From Candidatus Saccharimonadota bacterium (GTDB lineage: Bacteria; Patescibacteriota; Saccharimonadia; Saccharimonadales; Saccharimonadaceae), in contig JAIUPJ010000001.1 in assembly GCA_020160975.1 (NCBI GenBank), positions 510,001-542,000 of the forward strand: a DNA stretch of 32,000 nucleotides, in the 5' to 3' direction. Below the pieces are notes generated by a model. That model saw only the letters and a program-made list of their open reading frames with translations. It was not told where the DNA came from and did no database searches. This document shows positions 1 to 7,455 of this stretch, one piece after another. A program made the translations under genes and the position numbers. Position 1 is the stretch's first letter. Each line of letters opens with the position of its first letter.

Positions 1-334
1 GGCAAGCGGTAAGCAATCTGACCCGACTGAAGTGAGTGCCGCGATGATGAACAACATGGTAAAGTTCATGCCGATCATGATGTTCTTTATTATGGTGAGC
101 TTGCCAGGTGCCTTGGCGCTATACTATACTGCATCAAACCTCGTTGCTGTGGCTCAGCAGCATTATCTGCTGAGTAAGGATAGCGAGGAGCTCGATGAAA
201 TTGCCGATGAAGCTGATGGTGAAGTGGTGGCGCCGAAAAAGTCCGCCTCATCAGTCAAATCGGCTAAAACAGCTAAAACTCGTGCAAAAAAAGCGAGCGA
301 GGCAAAGATTACGCGTATAAAAGCCAAGGGATAG
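1..334 (+). CDS. yidC: Membrane protein insertase YidC, C-terminal end (5' part lies upstream of the window)
   Basis: The frame is open from the window edge (frame of nt 2, reading ...QSDPTEVSAAMMNN). The final hydrophobic segment PGALALYYTASNLVAVAQQ matches the YidC/Oxa1 C-terminal motif and is followed by a Lys-rich tail. A jag gene follows directly, as in the conserved yidC-jag pair. Confidence 0.8.
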   Translation, partial: ASGKQSDPTEVSAAMMNNMVKFMPIMMFFIMVSLPGALALYYTASNLVAVAQQHYLLSKDSEELDEIADEADGEVVAPKKSASSVKSAKTAKTRAKKASEAKITRIKAKG

Positions 335-349
335 TGAGAGGAGAGAATT

Positions 350-811
350 ATGGACCAGCAGCAAACTATCGAATACGCACGGAAGTTTTTACAGGATATC
401 ATATCGTTTTTTGGGGAGAATATTGAAGTCACAGCCGCAGTTGAGGACGACGTCATCGAGCTGTATGTTGAAACCAGCGATCTCAATAGTATTTTGATCG
501 GGCGAAATGCAGAAACACTCCGCAGTCTCCAGTACATTGTTTCGACCGCACTACGCAATAAAAATGCCGAACTGACTCGGGTAAATGTTGACATCGCTGA
601 TTACAAAAAGCAGCGCGAAGAAAAAATCGCCGAAAAAGCCCGCGGATGGATCGAAGAAGTACGAGCGACAGGCGACTCACATGTTGCGCATATCAATGCT
701 GCCGATCGCCGCGTGGTACACCGGGTTGCGCAGGAATACGAAGATATTCAGACATTTAGCGAAGGCGATGGTCGTGATCGTCGGATTATCATCGCCCAGA
801 AAAGCTCTTAA
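350..811 (+). CDS. jag: Jag/KhpB-type RNA-binding protein (KH-like plus R3H domain)
   Basis: A GAGGAG Shine-Dalgarno sequence lies 5-6 nt upstream of the ATG. The C-terminal motif RRVVHRVAQEYEDIQTFSEGDGRDRRIII is R3H-like. The gene sits immediately after yidC. Confidence 0.8.
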   Translation: MDQQQTIEYARKFLQDIISFFGENIEVTAAVEDDVIELYVETSDLNSILIGRNAETLRSLQYIVSTALRNKNAELTRVNVDIADYKKQREEKIAEKARGWIEEVRATGDSHVAHINAADRRVVHRVAQEYEDIQTFSEGDGRDRRIIIAQKSS

Positions 812-874
812 TTTACCACTACTTGCCGTATACTAGTAGAGACAATATAACATAAGAATCATAAGGAATTATCT

Positions 875-1459
875 ATGACAATCGGACTTATTATCGTAGT
901 AGTACTCGTCGTACTATTGTTGGGGTTAGTTGGCTTTTTTGCCGCTATGTACAACTCACTTGTACGTCTCAATATAAAAGCTGGTGAAGCATGGAGTGGC
1001 ATCACCGTGCAACTCAAGCGTCGTGCTGATTTGATTCCAAACCTCGTCAATACGGTGAAAGGATACGCCGCACATGAATCAGGTGTATTTGAGAAAGTTA
1101 CTGCGGCTCGCGCATCAGTTGTAAACGCGGTAGATGCTGGCCCAGCCGCGGCTGCCAAGGCCGAGGGTGAACTTACCGGTGCACTGAAAAGTCTATTTGC
1201 AGTTGCTGAGAGCTATCCAGACCTCAAAGCATCGCAGAACTTCATGGACCTGCAGGCAAACCTCACCGATACAGAAGACAAAATATCCGCTTCGCGGCGC
1301 TTCTACAACAGTACGGTGACACAATTTAACACAAAGCGAAAAACCTTCCCGACAAATATCTTCGCAAACATGCTTGGGTTTACGACTGACAAAGAGTTTT
1401 TTGATGTTGATGATGCCGAGCGTGCAACGCTCGAAAAGCCAACCGAAGTAAGCTTCTAA
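875..1459 (+). CDS. lemA: LemA family membrane protein
   Basis: There is an N-terminal TM helix. It is followed by the hallmark LemA sequence YNSLVRL...EAWSGITVQLKRRADLIPNLVNTVKGYAAHE and, later, ESYPDLKASQNF. An AAGGA Shine-Dalgarno sequence lies upstream. Confidence 0.9.
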   Translation: MTIGLIIVVVLVVLLLGLVGFFAAMYNSLVRLNIKAGEAWSGITVQLKRRADLIPNLVNTVKGYAAHESGVFEKVTAARASVVNAVDAGPAAAAKAEGELTGALKSLFAVAESYPDLKASQNFMDLQANLTDTEDKISASRRFYNSTVTQFNTKRKTFPTNIFANMLGFTTDKEFFDVDDAERATLEKPTEVSF

Positions 1460-1479
1460 ACACCACCAGGTAATCGCCG

Positions 1480-2835
1480 GTGGACCACCTCTTCTCGCAA
1501 CTCGCCTCACTCATACCGTTTGAGTTTTTTGGTCGTGCTGGTGGCGGTGGCTCTGGCGGCGGTGGCGGAGAAGGTGGTATTGAGATAGTACTTGGATATC
1601 TTCCTATGCACTTCGTGGGCGCGCTCCTTGCAAAAATGCGCAAGGTCAATCTTGGGCTGAGTATCCTGGCGCAAATTCTCGGCTGGCTTGTTGCAATAGG
1701 TTATTTTATCCTCCTGACCTCGATACTCAGATGGTATGGCGGAACGATTGGTGCGATCGGGTTTGCCGGTATGGGTGCTGGTCTGTATGGATGGTTTGGT
1801 AAGGTAAAACAAAGTAAATTCCTCAAGAATAAATTGAAGAAAGCAGCAGTCAGTGATGGAGTTTGGGATGAAGCATCTCTGAGCGAGTACGCCAAGAAGA
1901 CATTTATGAGGTACCAGTCAGACTGGTCAAGTCTCAATACTGATTCGATGAAAGAGTATATGACGCCAGATTACCATTACCACGCGTCACTCCTCGTTTA
2001 TATTCTGCAGACAATGAAGCGAAAAAACCTCATGAACAATGTCGTGATAACCAGCGCGACAATTATCGATATTACTGATCATGAAGATAACTCACAGGAT
2101 ACGTTCACTGTTGGATTTACTGCAAGGGCGAACGATCAACTAGTTGACGCAGCAACAAATGAAACAATATTTACCGATAATGCGAATTTCACCGAGTACT
2201 GGACATTCCATCGAAACGGTGCAAAGTCTTGGTTGCTTGCGGGGATAAGTCAGTCAACAGAGGATCCGTATAATCGCAATACAGCCTTGGCACAATTCGC
2301 AGCATCACAAGGCTATCGGTATAGTCCTGATATGGGATGGTTGTTTATTCCACGTCAAGGGCAGCTGTTTGGTGAGGCGAAGTTTGGTACTTCAGATATC
2401 AATAACCACGTCGTCGGGCTCTACAAAGGGCAGATGCTTGTGCAGATTTATACCTACAACGCCAACCCAAGTGGCGGTAGTAAGAACCGCGTAATAGCAC
2501 AGGTGAATGTGCCACGCCAATACGGAAATATTATCGTTCGGCGAAAATCTAGATTAAATTTGTTTGGCATTAAAAATTTGCAAAAAATCGAAACCGAATG
2601 GACGCAGTTTAATGACAAGTACGAGGTCTATGCCTCAAGCTACGAGGGGGCAACTAGCTTTGAACTTCTCAATCCAACCTACATGGAGCAGCTCGAGGCG
2701 CTTGGGTTTACAGTAACCATCGAAGTGGTAGATAACGTGATTTATCTCTATACCGATGAACGTGGGTCAAGTGTTGAAACCTATCAAACAATGCTTGATC
2801 TCGTCAATAAAGCCTTTAACGAACTTCGTCTCTAG
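1480..2835 (+). CDS. Membrane protein with a Gly-rich N-terminus, TM helices, a Tim44-like domain and a DUF3137-like C-terminal domain
   Basis: The ORF starts with GTG, 20 nt after lemA. It encodes GGGGSGGGGGEGG, then 2-3 hydrophobic helices (aa ~40-105). The segment WDEASLSEYAKKTFMRYQSDW...YWTFHRNG..WLLAGISQ resembles bacterial Tim44-like domains. The segment ETEWTQFNDKYEVYASSYEGATSFELLNPTYMEQLEAL resembles DUF3137, a common LemA neighbour. The start is uncertain; ATG 1606 is an alternative. Confidence 0.6.
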   Translation: MDHLFSQLASLIPFEFFGRAGGGGSGGGGGEGGIEIVLGYLPMHFVGALLAKMRKVNLGLSILAQILGWLVAIGYFILLTSILRWYGGTIGAIGFAGMGAGLYGWFGKVKQSKFLKNKLKKAAVSDGVWDEASLSEYAKKTFMRYQSDWSSLNTDSMKEYMTPDYHYHASLLVYILQTMKRKNLMNNVVITSATIIDITDHEDNSQDTFTVGFTARANDQLVDAATNETIFTDNANFTEYWTFHRNGAKSWLLAGISQSTEDPYNRNTALAQFAASQGYRYSPDMGWLFIPRQGQLFGEAKFGTSDINNHVVGLYKGQMLVQIYTYNANPSGGSKNRVIAQVNVPRQYGNIIVRRKSRLNLFGIKNLQKIETEWTQFNDKYEVYASSYEGATSFELLNPTYMEQLEALGFTVTIEVVDNVIYLYTDERGSSVETYQTMLDLVNKAFNELRL

Positions 2836-3922
2836 ATTGCCTCAGAGCTTTCATGTAGATAGCATGTGTTTGCTCGGCCATGCGTCGCCATGAATATTTT
2901 TTTACTTGTTGATGACCCTTTTTTATCATAGACTGACGGTGTGTCGAGTCGGTCAATACGCGGTCGATTGCCTGCGCCATGTCACCAACATCAAGTGGAT
3001 CAAAATATTCTGCCGCATCGCCGAGAATCTCTGGCATGCACGAAGCGTTGCTCGAGACAACCGGAGTACCATACGCCATAGCCTCTAGCGGCGGCAGACC
3101 AAAACCTTCCATTAGACTTGGAAATACATACGCTTTAGCTTTAGTGAATAGCCAGTCGCGCTCAGTATCACTGACAAAACCAGTGAAGTGAATGTTCTTA
3201 TAACCCCTCTTCTCGTAGAAGATCTTGTTGATTTTTGTGTCGTCGTTCATTCGTCCAGCAAACACTAGGCCTAAATCTGGGTGTTTATCCAGAAGTGCCT
3301 GATGAGCCGCTGCAAGACGTCGGAGATTTTTGTAGTCAGGCTGTTGTCCGACATACAAGATGAATTTTTTGTATGGCACTGGGTATGGCTCGAGCTTTCC
3401 CTTTAATACCTCACCAGCCTCATAGATGACAGGTATGCGACTATCAGGTATCTGACAGAATTCTTGGTATTCACGTTTTGTGTTCTGTGAGATTGTAATG
3501 ATAAACGCATTTGTCTTTGCGATATACTTCCAAACAAATCTCCCGATAAATTGCTTGATATGAAACACTAGCCAATTTTTGTCAGAGTTATAGGTGTTGA
3601 GTAGTGTCATATCATGCATAGTAGTTACATGGAGGCCTCGGTAAAAAATCGGTTGCTGTGGCATGCAAAAATGTACCAAGTCAGGGTTTAGGCTGTCGAG
3701 GAATTTTTTGTATCCAAATTGTTCGGCAAATGAATAGTTATCAAACTCAGCCTCTACAACAGAGAAATTACTCTTTCGTGGTTTCCAATAGTCACGATCC
3801 TTTGAGCGTACAAGCACACTATACGTATTTTCTTGGTCAATATCCTGGAGATGTTCGAGTAGTTTGTAGACATACGTTCCTGTACCGGAGTTTATGACAC
3901 GTGCGTCGATGGCAATATGCAT
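2816..3922 (-). CDS. Glycosyltransferase family 4 (GT-B, retaining type)
   Basis: The C-terminal motif FPSLMEGFGLPPLEAMAYGTPVVSSNASCMPEILGDAAEYFDP is the classic GT4 EX7E region. The 3' end overlaps the convergent upstream gene by 20 nt. Confidence 0.85.
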   Translation of the reverse strand: MHIAIDARVINSGTGTYVYKLLEHLQDIDQENTYSVLVRSKDRDYWKPRKSNFSVVEAEFDNYSFAEQFGYKKFLDSLNPDLVHFCMPQQPIFYRGLHVTTMHDMTLLNTYNSDKNWLVFHIKQFIGRFVWKYIAKTNAFIITISQNTKREYQEFCQIPDSRIPVIYEAGEVLKGKLEPYPVPYKKFILYVGQQPDYKNLRRLAAAHQALLDKHPDLGLVFAGRMNDDTKINKIFYEKRGYKNIHFTGFVSDTERDWLFTKAKAYVFPSLMEGFGLPPLEAMAYGTPVVSSNASCMPEILGDAAEYFDPLDVGDMAQAIDRVLTDSTHRQSMIKKGHQQVKKYSWRRMAEQTHAIYMKALRQSRDEVR

Positions 3923-3928
3923 ATCTCT

Positions 3929-3934
3929 AGTATA
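3929..3934 (-). promoter_or_regulatory. -10-like hexamer TATACT, 6 nt upstream of ATG 3922
   Basis: The minus strand reads gtatcgTATACTagagatATG. Confidence 0.4.
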
Positions 3935-3945
3935 CGATACGATAG

Positions 3946-4365
3946 TTACAGAGAATCTTTAAAAACAACTTTATTATAGAGAAGATAATTCCATACCAGC
4001 GTCACACTTGTTGCAATTGCTTTTGCCACGAAAAGTGCGATGGTAGTGTTACCGAATAGCGCCGAAAGCCAGGGAAGAGTAAGCTGAATAATTGCAGTTT
4101 GGATCACCCAAAGTCCAAAAAGAGTAATAGCAATAAATAGAATAAATTGACGAGTTATTGAACCATCGTTTGATCGAAACGTAAATTTCCGATTAGCAAC
4201 AAAGCTAAATAAAAATGCGATTCCTGTCGAGATAACATTAGCAGCACCGACTGGAAGCCCGAGGGACTTTAGAAAAAAGAGTAGCCCAAAATCAATCAAT
4301 GTGTTGATAATGCCAACTGCACCAAAGCGAGCCACCCGCTGGTTATTTTTTATGAGATGCTTCAT
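3946..4365 (-). CDS. GtrA family membrane protein (polyprenol-phosphate-sugar associated)
   Basis: The motif RFGAVGIINTLIDFGLLFFL plus four hydrophobic helices are typical of GtrA. I prefer the start at 4365 because GAGGA lies 5 nt upstream. The ORF track extends to 4407. Confidence 0.8.
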   Translation of the reverse strand: MKHLIKNNQRVARFGAVGIINTLIDFGLLFFLKSLGLPVGAANVISTGIAFLFSFVANRKFTFRSNDGSITRQFILFIAITLFGLWVIQTAIIQLTLPWLSALFGNTTIALFVAKAIATSVTLVWNYLLYNKVVFKDSL

Positions 4366-5287
4366 GATATTCCTCGACAAAATACAGCGGACGATGCTTG
4401 GTCTCATTGAAGATCCTCGCTACGTATTCACCGATAATCCCAATCGTCAACAACTGCACGCCGCCCATAAATAATATTACCGCCATGAGTGATGAATAGC
4501 CAGGAACAGTCGGTACGCCAAATAACGGTCGGATGACCAGGTAGGCAATATATACAAACGCAATCAGTGAGATAACAGCGCCAACATAGGTGGAGATGCG
4601 GAGCGGGGCGGTCGTAAAGCTGGTGATGCCATCGATTGCAAGGTTGATAAGTTTGCCATAATTCCACTTGGTCTCACCAGCTGCTCGCGGATCACGGTCG
4701 TAGAGAATTTCTTTCTTTTTAAACCCAATCCAACTGAACATGCCCTTGGTATAGCGCTCAGATTCGCGAAATTGTTTCAGCGCATCAACACACCGCCTAT
4801 CGAGAAGACGGAAGTCGCCGGTATCAACCTGGATCGGAATATTTGTAGAGTTCTGCAGAATACGATAGTAGAGTCGACTCGTCATTTTCTTGAGCTGACT
4901 TTCGCCGGCACGACTACGGCGTTTTGCGAAGACATCATCATAACCCTCTTCCCAGTAGGTGATCATCTCCGGAATGAGTTCGGGGGGGTCTTGCAAATCG
5001 GCGTCGATAATTACCATAGCGTCACCCTTAGCGTAATCAAAACCAGCGAGCATTGCTGTTTCTTTGCCAAAGTTTCGTGACAAGTTTACATAACTAATGC
5101 GCGTATCGCTCTTAGCTCGTTTTTTTATCATTTCGAGCGTATGATCTCGACTTCCATCATTAACAAAGAGAAACTCAAAGTCATAGTGGGGAACAGTGTT
5201 GGCGAGTGAGTCGAGCCGGTCAAAGAGTAGCCCGAGTACTTCTTGTTCGTTATACGCCGGAACGAGGATGGAAACTAGCTTCTTCAT
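4343..5287 (-). CDS. GT2 polyprenol-phosphate glycosyltransferase (GtrB/ArnC/DPM1-like)
   Basis: The sequence reads ILVPAYNEQEVL...FLFVNDGSRDHT...NFGKETAMLAGFDYAKGDAMVIIDADLQDPPELIPEM and carries two C-terminal TM helices. I chose the start at 5287 (MKKLVSILVP) because a TGaTATACT box lies 7 nt upstream. The ORF track extends to 5344. Confidence 0.85.
   Translation of the reverse strand: MKKLVSILVPAYNEQEVLGLLFDRLDSLANTVPHYDFEFLFVNDGSRDHTLEMIKKRAKSDTRISYVNLSRNFGKETAMLAGFDYAKGDAMVIIDADLQDPPELIPEMITYWEEGYDDVFAKRRSRAGESQLKKMTSRLYYRILQNSTNIPIQVDTGDFRLLDRRCVDALKQFRESERYTKGMFSWIGFKKKEILYDRDPRAAGETKWNYGKLINLAIDGITSFTTAPLRISTYVGAVISLIAFVYIAYLVIRPLFGVPTVPGYSSLMAVILFMGGVQLLTIGIIGEYVARIFNETKHRPLYFVEEYHEASHKK
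4982..4988 (-). repeat. C7 homopolymer on the coding strand (G7 on the plus strand) inside the GtrB-like GT2 gene
   Basis: The plus strand reads cgggggggtc. It encodes ...DPPE... in the catalytic DADLQDPPE region. Confidence 0.95.
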
Positions 5288-5294
5288 CTTTATC

Positions 5295-5303
5295 AGTATA
5301 TCA
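5295..5303 (-). promoter_or_regulatory. Extended -10 (TGaTATACT), 7 nt upstream of ATG 5287
   Basis: The minus strand reads gTGaTATACTgataaagATG. There is no Shine-Dalgarno sequence. Confidence 0.5.
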
Positions 5304-5533
5304 CTGGTAGGCGTCATACACAGGTGACTGGAACTTATACACATAAAAATATCCGTAAGTTATATCAATTTAACCGTTGGATGATATACAGGAGGCAAAT
5401 TGATTATACCTACTTAACAATAATATTTATATATTACAAATACACGAATAAAATATTATGTCTATAAATGCAAACTAACACAAAAAGTAACAGGGAAGAA
5501 AGAGCGTAAATACCAAAGCAGATGAGCAATTCG

Positions 5534-6400
5534 TTATCGAATGTGTGAGATTAAATCAGTGATACTGTCGGCTACATGTGCGCCTGATTTCTTTAAGTAG
5601 GCTGTTTTCTCTGACGCGGATTCTAGCGTATTAGTTCCCATGATGGCACCAGCGTGCCCCATCTGCACACCTGCTGGTGCGCTGTGTCCGGCGATATAGG
5701 CATAGACCGGCTTCGTCATAGAAGTCTTGATATAATCAGCCGCTTCAATTTCATCGACACCACCGATTTCACCGATCATCACAATTCGTGCCACGTCCGG
5801 ATCGTGCTCAAATAACTCTAGACAGTCGACAAAACTAGTGCCGCGAACCATGTCTCCGCCAATGCCAATGATACACTTCTGGCCAAACCCTCGCCGCGTC
5901 AACAAATCCATTGCTTCGTAGGTGAGGGTTCCGCTGCGACTGACTAGTGCTGTATCGCCTGCTGTTGAGAGAGAGGCGGGAGTAATGCCAAGTAGGTTTT
6001 TGCCAGGAGTAAGTACACCTGGAGAGTTTGGTCCAATTAAGACCGAGCCACTTCCCTTTAGATGTTGTGATATTTGCAACATATCGTGAACGGGGATATG
6101 CTCGGTGATACAGACGATGAGTGGGACTTTCGCATCAATTGCCTCCAATACGGCAGCTTTGGCGTGAGCAGCCGGTACAAATATCACAGTGATGTCCACC
6201 TGTCTTTCTTTCTGAATATCAGCAATCGATGCATAGACTGGGATGGTATCGTCAAACATCGTACCGGCTTTGGTCGGTGACGTTCCGGCGACAATATTTG
6301 TGCCATAGCTCAGCATATTGCGCGTATGAAAGGCGCCATGGGTACCGGTGATACCTTGAACAATGACGTTTTTGCCAGTAAAAATCGATGGATTTATCAT
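5534..6400 (-). CDS. sucD: Succinyl-CoA synthetase (ADP/GDP-forming CoA ligase) alpha subunit
   Basis: The sequence includes VIVQGITGTHGAFHTRNML.YGTNIVAGTSP.KAG, LIGPNSPGV, SRSGTLTYEA and the phosphohistidine loop MGHAGAIMG. The ATG at 6400 overlaps the sucC stop (ATGA). Confidence 0.9.
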   Translation of the reverse strand: MINPSIFTGKNVIVQGITGTHGAFHTRNMLSYGTNIVAGTSPTKAGTMFDDTIPVYASIADIQKERQVDITVIFVPAAHAKAAVLEAIDAKVPLIVCITEHIPVHDMLQISQHLKGSGSVLIGPNSPGVLTPGKNLLGITPASLSTAGDTALVSRSGTLTYEAMDLLTRRGFGQKCIIGIGGDMVRGTSFVDCLELFEHDPDVARIVMIGEIGGVDEIEAADYIKTSMTKPVYAYIAGHSAPAGVQMGHAGAIMGTNTLESASEKTAYLKKSGAHVADSITDLISHIR

Positions 6401-7455
6401 GATAGCGCCTCGATGCATTCAGTAAGATTTCGGTAGAGTGGTAGATTGTGTTCTTTTAGTAGTGTTGCTGCTTCATCGCTTCGATTGCCGCTCAGTCGGA
6501 TGATAAGACGCGGTAGGTTTGGTAGCTGTGATTTGGCCTCGATGATAGCCTGAGCAACCGTGTCGCAGCGTACGATGCCGCCAAATATATTGATGACAAT
6601 CGCATCAACAGCAGGAAATTCCATTATTTTTTTAAATGAAGCGACGACTTGTTCGGTAGTGGCGTTGCCGCCAATATCGAGAAAGTTTGCAGGTGAGTGA
6701 CCGGTGCTTGTGACGGCATCGACTGTCGCCATAGCAAGTCCTGCGCCATTGGCGATGGTCGCAACCGTACCTCTTTTATCGAGTGAGACAAAGTTCGAGC
6801 TCGCTGGTTTCTCCTCGAAGTTCCATTCGGGATGACGAAAAGCGGCCGCGTCGTCAAGAATCATCTTGCAGTCACCCGCTATGAGCTCACCTTGTGTGGT
6901 AAGTATCAGCGGATTGATTTCGAGTAGCGTGGCATCATTCGAAACGAAGCAGCGATATAGTTTATCTACCAGATCTTGCAGAACGAAGGTTTTTTCTGGC
7001 AAACCATAAAGCTCAGCCAAACTTTCTCCGGCTGCATCAAAAGAATTTGGAGTTACCTGGGTTCGGAAAAACTCCTTAGATCCATGGGATTCAATGTCCA
7101 CTCCACCATCAATATGCGCTGCGAGTTCAATATATCGCTGCGACCGATTGATCATGAGCGAAAGGTAGAATTCTTTATCGATATCGAGCACTTCTTCGGC
7201 GAGGAGTGTCTTTGGCAAAAATCCTTTTATCTCATGGGCGAGCAGACTGTCTGAGACTCGCTCCAACTCGTCGACTGTCTTTACGATTTTTACCCCGCCA
7301 AGCTTGCCTCTTCCGCCGATCGGCACTTGTGATTTGATGACCGAAGGGAGCGAGACATTCTGCAGAGAATTACCTTTACCGAGCAGTGTACTGTGCGGCA
7401 CTGAAATATCCGACGCGCGTAAGATTTTCTTTGCCTCATACTCAAGCAGGTTCAT
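6397..7455 (-). CDS. sucC: Succinyl-CoA synthetase beta subunit (ATP-grasp), short form of 352 aa
   Basis: The sequence includes MNLLEYEAKKIL, GGRGKLGGVKIV, EINPLILT, IANGAGLAMATVD, PANFLDIGGNAT and NIFGGIVRCD. Its ATG overlaps the stop of the upstream GT2 gene by 1 nt (cTGATG). Confidence 0.85.
   Translation of the reverse strand: MNLLEYEAKKILRASDISVPHSTLLGKGNSLQNVSLPSVIKSQVPIGGRGKLGGVKIVKTVDELERVSDSLLAHEIKGFLPKTLLAEEVLDIDKEFYLSLMINRSQRYIELAAHIDGGVDIESHGSKEFFRTQVTPNSFDAAGESLAELYGLPEKTFVLQDLVDKLYRCFVSNDATLLEINPLILTTQGELIAGDCKMILDDAAAFRHPEWNFEEKPASSNFVSLDKRGTVATIANGAGLAMATVDAVTSTGHSPANFLDIGGNATTEQVVASFKKIMEFPAVDAIVINIFGGIVRCDTVAQAIIEAKSQLPNLPRLIIRLSGNRSDEAATLLKEHNLPLYRNLTECIEALS

Noticed and set aside
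163-594. A 143-aa ORF on the minus strand overlaps yidC and jag.
   Set aside because: It lies antisense to two genes with clear conserved motifs. Its sequence is low-complexity and Ser/Ala-rich, and it has no ribosome-binding site or promoter signal.
1538-1578. The GGC/GGT-rich microsatellite-like stretch could be a slippage-prone repeat.
   Set aside because: The codons are mixed (ggt ggc ggt ggc tct ggc ggc ggt ggc gga gaa ggt ggt), not a perfect tandem repeat. If the true start is ATG 1606, the stretch may not even be translated.
1380-1649. An 89-aa minus-strand ORF carries a striking poly-Pro run (PPSPPPPPEPPPP).
   Set aside because: It is the mirror image of the GGC/GGT Gly-rich codons of the plus-strand gene (GGGGSGGGGGEGG). 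That makes it a compositional artefact.
5534-7455. sucCD could be read as evidence that the organism runs a TCA cycle.
   Set aside because: No other TCA gene is present in the window, and two genes cannot establish a pathway. The genomic context, coupled to a GT2 gene, argues for caution in either direction.
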